The notes under the pieces: generated by a model
Database searches by the model: none
What the model was told of the DNA's origin: nothing
What the model saw: only the letters and a program-made list of their open reading frames with translations
From: an uncultured virus (IMG/VR IMGVR_UViG_3300030109_004684)
Lineage: Duplodnaviria; Heunggongvirae; Uroviricota; Caudoviricetes; Crassvirales
Length of the DNA: 64,000 bases
Virus record (IMG/VR): IMGVR_UViG_3300030109_004684
Strand: one strand, 5' to 3'
In this document: piece by piece, positions 61,017 through 64,000 of the stretch
How positions within the stretch are numbered: position 1 is the stretch's first letter
How the letters are laid out: each line of letters opens with the position of its first letter
Translations under genes and position numbers: made by a program

Positions 61017-62571
61017 TGACTCTTATGTTTGAGATTACACAATCAGCAGATATAATAGTAGTCACCACAGAAACCGCATTTTTAAGTGCAGTCTTGGTTA
61101 CAAGCACTGGATCTATAATACCTTGGTCCACCATATTAACTTCTTTACCTGATACAACATCTATTCCTAAGCCGTTAACAGGCTCTGGTCCTACTTGTTC
61201 GAAACCAGCGTTTGATAATATAGTTTTAAACGGAGCTTGTATTGCTTTTGACAATATTTCTTCTCCGCAGCCTTCAGTTTTTGTATTTTGAGATGCGTTT
61301 AATAGTGCTATACCACCACCTGGTACAATACCTTCTTTTAAAGCAGCTTTTGTAGCGTATATTGCATCTTCAACTCTATCTTTTTTTTCTTTTAGCTCAA
61401 CTTTTGAATCAGCACCTACACGTATAATACCTACACTACCTGATAACATTGCTATTCTTTGATCTAAAAACTTCTTTAAGAACCCGTTTTTCTCGTTCTT
61501 TCTTATTTTTTGTACTTCTTTTATTCTTTCAGCTACATCTTCATGTGTTTCAAGTGTAGTAATTATTGTATTTTTACTATCTGTTACAGTTTTTTCAACT
61601 TCTCCTAAAACATCTAGCGATATCCCGTCTAAATCATCGCCTAACTCTTCGTTTATTACTCTAGCACCTGTTAAAATAGCTAGATCTTTTACAGTTTCAG
61701 ACCTTGTTGGTCCAAAACCAGGTGTGTCTATAATATTTATTTTGATATTACCCTTAACTTTGTTCATAAGTAATGCGCTTTTCACTTGTTGTGACACTGG
61801 CGCTACTATTAAAAGTGATTTATTGTTCTTTATAACAAACTCTAGTATGCTTTGTATTTTTCTAACATTAGGTATTTCTGATTCTACAATTAAAACTAGT
61901 GGATTATCAAGCACACATCGTTGTTTATCTGTGTCTGTAACAAAATGAGGTGATGTTAAACCACACTCCACCTGTACACCATCAACTATTTCTATAAAAG
62001 TACTTTCGGTTGGTGATTGTTCCATAATAACTACACCATCTTTACCTACTTTTTTGTATGCTTCTGATATTATTTTACCTAATTCAATATCATTGTTGCA
62101 ACTAATAGAGCTTACATTGTCTAACATATCACCTTCTACGGGTATTGATATGTTTTCTAGGTATTTATTTACTTTTAACAAGTAATTACTTATACCTGTT
62201 TTTATATCTCTAATAGAGTTGCTGTTATATTTTTCAAGATTAACTTCTTTTATTAAAGCTTCAGCTAAAACAGTGGCCGTAGTAGTACCATCGCCTGCTT
62301 CGGTTACTGTTTTTTGTGCTGCTTCTTTAACTAGTGTTGCGCCCATGTTTTCAACCGGGTCAAACAAGACAACAGATTCTGCTACTGTTACACCGTCTTT
62401 TGTAATAACCGGTTTACCGCGTCCATCTTCGTATATGACGCACTTCCCTGAAGCGCCAAGTGTGGACTTAACGGCTTGTGCTAGCTTATCAACACCAGCT
62501 ATTATTCTTTTCTTAGCGTTATCGCCAAAGTTCAGGTCTTTGACAATTTCGCTAGGTAAATTGTATTCCAT
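61003..62571 (-). CDS. groEL: Chaperonin GroEL
   Basis: TLG, ITKDGVTVA, AGDGTTTATVLA, PGFG, GIVPGGG and GIIDP motifs; no GGM tail. Confidence 0.96.
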   Translation of the reverse strand: MEYNLPSEIVKDLNFGDNAKKRIIAGVDKLAQAVKSTLGASGKCVIYEDGRGKPVITKDGVTVAESVVLFDPVENMGATLVKEAAQKTVTEAGDGTTTATVLAEALIKEVNLEKYNSNSIRDIKTGISNYLLKVNKYLENISIPVEGDMLDNVSSISCNNDIELGKIISEAYKKVGKDGVVIMEQSPTESTFIEIVDGVQVECGLTSPHFVTDTDKQRCVLDNPLVLIVESEIPNVRKIQSILEFVIKNNKSLLIVAPVSQQVKSALLMNKVKGNIKINIIDTPGFGPTRSETVKDLAILTGARVINEELGDDLDGISLDVLGEVEKTVTDSKNTIITTLETHEDVAERIKEVQKIRKNEKNGFLKKFLDQRIAMLSGSVGIIRVGADSKVELKEKKDRVEDAIYATKAALKEGIVPGGGIALLNASQNTKTEGCGEEILSKAIQAPFKTILSNAGFEQVGPEPVNGLGIDVVSGKEVNMVDQGIIDPVLVTKTALKNAVSVVTTIISADCVISNIRVNESS

Positions 62572-62593
62572 TTAATTAAATTTAATTTATTAT

Positions 62594-62884
62594 TTATTCA
62601 AAAGTTTTAACTACTTTAGGCCCTTTTGTTGCCTCAAGTTTTTTAGTAAAGTGCTCTATGCTACCGTTTATTGCGGTTTCAGCACCTTCTAAAGTTTCTC
62701 TTCTAGTAATAGCGTGCCACTCATCATTTTCAGGATTAGAACACTCTGTTTGATAAAAACCGTTTGGTAATTGTGTTATCCTCCAGTTTTTCTTTGCTGA
62801 AAGATGTTTCCATTGGTTGATAGTTTTTTCACTAGGTTTTTGGTTGCTAGTATATGTACTAGTCTTGTAATATAAATACGTCAT
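62594..62884 (-). CDS. Hypothetical protein
   Basis: 96-aa ORF containing WRITQLPNGFYQTE. Confidence 0.75.
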   Translation of the reverse strand: MTYLYYKTSTYTSNQKPSEKTINQWKHLSAKKNWRITQLPNGFYQTECSNPENDEWHAITRRETLEGAETAINGSIEHFTKKLEATKGPKVVKTFE

Positions 62885-62920
62885 TTTTTGGTTTGGTTTG
62901 GTTAATATTAATTTTTATAC

Positions 62921-63538
62921 TTAGTATCTAACGTTACTACCGTATAACTCGTTTATTTTGTTTTGTATCTTTGCGTGCTCAGGATTAGTTTTTGGATTCC
63001 AAGTTCCCATGTCTTGAATTGAAGATCTTAAATCAGTCATTTCATTTTTGTTGTCAGTAATTTTATAATCTTCTGGTGTTACCTTTATCTCTTCTAAATT
63101 TTTTCTTATTGGTTCAGGTTCTTCGGTTTCTATAGGATTACCAAACTCATCTTTAGTAGGATCATAAACATCACCCATTTGATATTTGTTTTCAAGATGT
63201 GATTGATCTATGGCTTCTTCGTTCATTTTATCTAACTCTTCTTGTTCAGCAAGAGCATCTTTAGCTTTAGCAGCTTTTCTTCTTTTAGCTAGTTGTGCTA
63301 ACTCAAAAGCAGCATAGCCCCAACCTTGTTTCGTGCCGGAAAATTCTTTTTGACCATCTTCTACATCAAAGTTTAATTTAGGATCGTAATCATCTACATC
63401 ACCTAACTTTGTTTTTGGCACGTCTACAGGATCTTCCTCTTGTTGGAAAGCGGAAGAACCAGGTCTTCCGTCTTCCAAGTTATTTGAAGGAAAACCCTTG
63501 CGTTTCATTATGAATTTTGCTTTTGATTTTCTAGCCAT
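62921..63538 (-). CDS. Late protein with a basic FxMKxKGFP N-terminus and acidic body
   Basis: MARKSKAKFIMKRKGFPS...DGRPGSSAFQ. Confidence 0.75.
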   Translation of the reverse strand: MARKSKAKFIMKRKGFPSNNLEDGRPGSSAFQQEEDPVDVPKTKLGDVDDYDPKLNFDVEDGQKEFSGTKQGWGYAAFELAQLAKRRKAAKAKDALAEQEELDKMNEEAIDQSHLENKYQMGDVYDPTKDEFGNPIETEEPEPIRKNLEEIKVTPEDYKITDNKNEMTDLRSSIQDMGTWNPKTNPEHAKIQNKINELYGSNVRY

Positions 63539-64000
63539 TTTTCTTTTTCATCTTGTTTGGATTACCTTTACCACCATCAGCTTTACTAGCATGTACTGCT
63601 TTTCTTTGTGCTGCTGATTTATATTTCTTATTAGGTGAATCTTCTTTTTTCATCTTAGCAACTGCTTTACCTCTTTTTTTAATAGCTTCCATCATTTCAG
63701 GCGTCATCTTTTTATCACCTTTAGCCATTCTAGTTCTTTCTTCTTTAGTTGCTCTCTTTAATTTATTAGGCCCTGCTTTTTTATCAGCAGCAGCTTGCTT
63801 CATTGATTCAGTAGTGTTACCGTCACCATCGATGTCTGGATAATCTGGTTTAGCAGCTTTAGCAGGAGAATCAGCTGCTTTTGTTTTAACAGTATATTTT
63901 GAACCGTCTGCTCTTTGATAAACTTTCGTGTTACCCGCTTTAACTCCTTTAGAAATTTTTTCATTAAAACCACCTTGCGAAGTAATATCTTTGTGTTTTG
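63531..64000 (-). CDS. Basic SPxK-motif protein, 5'-truncated at the window edge
   Basis: The frame is open from 63998 (KHKDITSQGG...AADSPAKAAKPDYPDIDGDGNTTESMKQ...EDSPNKK), so it extends beyond the track ORF start at 63803. Confidence 0.8.
   Translation of the reverse strand, partial: KHKDITSQGGFNEKISKGVKAGNTKVYQRADGSKYTVKTKAADSPAKAAKPDYPDIDGDGNTTESMKQAAADKKAGPNKLKRATKEERTRMAKGDKKMTPEMMEAIKKRGKAVAKMKKEDSPNKKYKSAAQRKAVHASKADGGKGNPNKMKKKNG

Noticed and set aside
1..64000. Stop-codon reassignment as in some crAss-like phages
   Set aside because: Standard code 11 gives dense, intact long ORFs, and both TAG and TGA end clear genes (e.g. ligase TAG, GroEL TGA).
1..64000. Prophage, integrase, introns or inteins
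   Set aside because: No integrase, repressor pair or host flanks were seen. TerL, RNR and the helicase are of ordinary length and uninterrupted.

Overview
The window is an AT-rich, near-complete genome of a tailed dsDNA phage with podovirus-like virion genes. The host is probably a Bacteroidota (Flavobacteriia-like) bacterium, inferred from T9SS-type C-terminal tails, an Hc1-like gene and the lack of Shine-Dalgarno motifs. It has two arms. The + strand (about 2.2-17.6 kb) carries small early genes, ligase, DenV, a sigma factor, ERF, a RecE-like nuclease, SSB, primase-helicase, a ThyA-family enzyme with a dCMP-type Asp, MazG-like enzymes and class II RNR. No DNA polymerase, integrase or RNA polymerase is visible. 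The - strand (64 kb down to 17.6 kb, plus 1-1.84 kb) carries GroEL/GroES, holin, TerL, portal, capsid, tail and ejection proteins, an envelope cassette and an endolysin. The main candidate for a new system is a 3697-aa ejection-type protein. It contains a zincin protease followed by modules bounded by recurring [FL]SR motifs, including a sigma-region-2-like module and a HAD phosphatase. It is paired with nine copies of a 30-bp non-host-type early promoter motif, which suggests a virion-injected, self-processed transcription factor. Also seen: a second promoter class (TAAATA-N13-GTRAYWWT), a candidate R-loop/G-rich origin next to a palindrome that recurs at the start of an HTH gene, a tRNA-like mini-element, a probable cytosine-modification cluster, phage-encoded T9SS cargo, and a shared FKMK/SPxK motif across many late proteins. 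All family calls come from reading motifs by eye; no searches were run.
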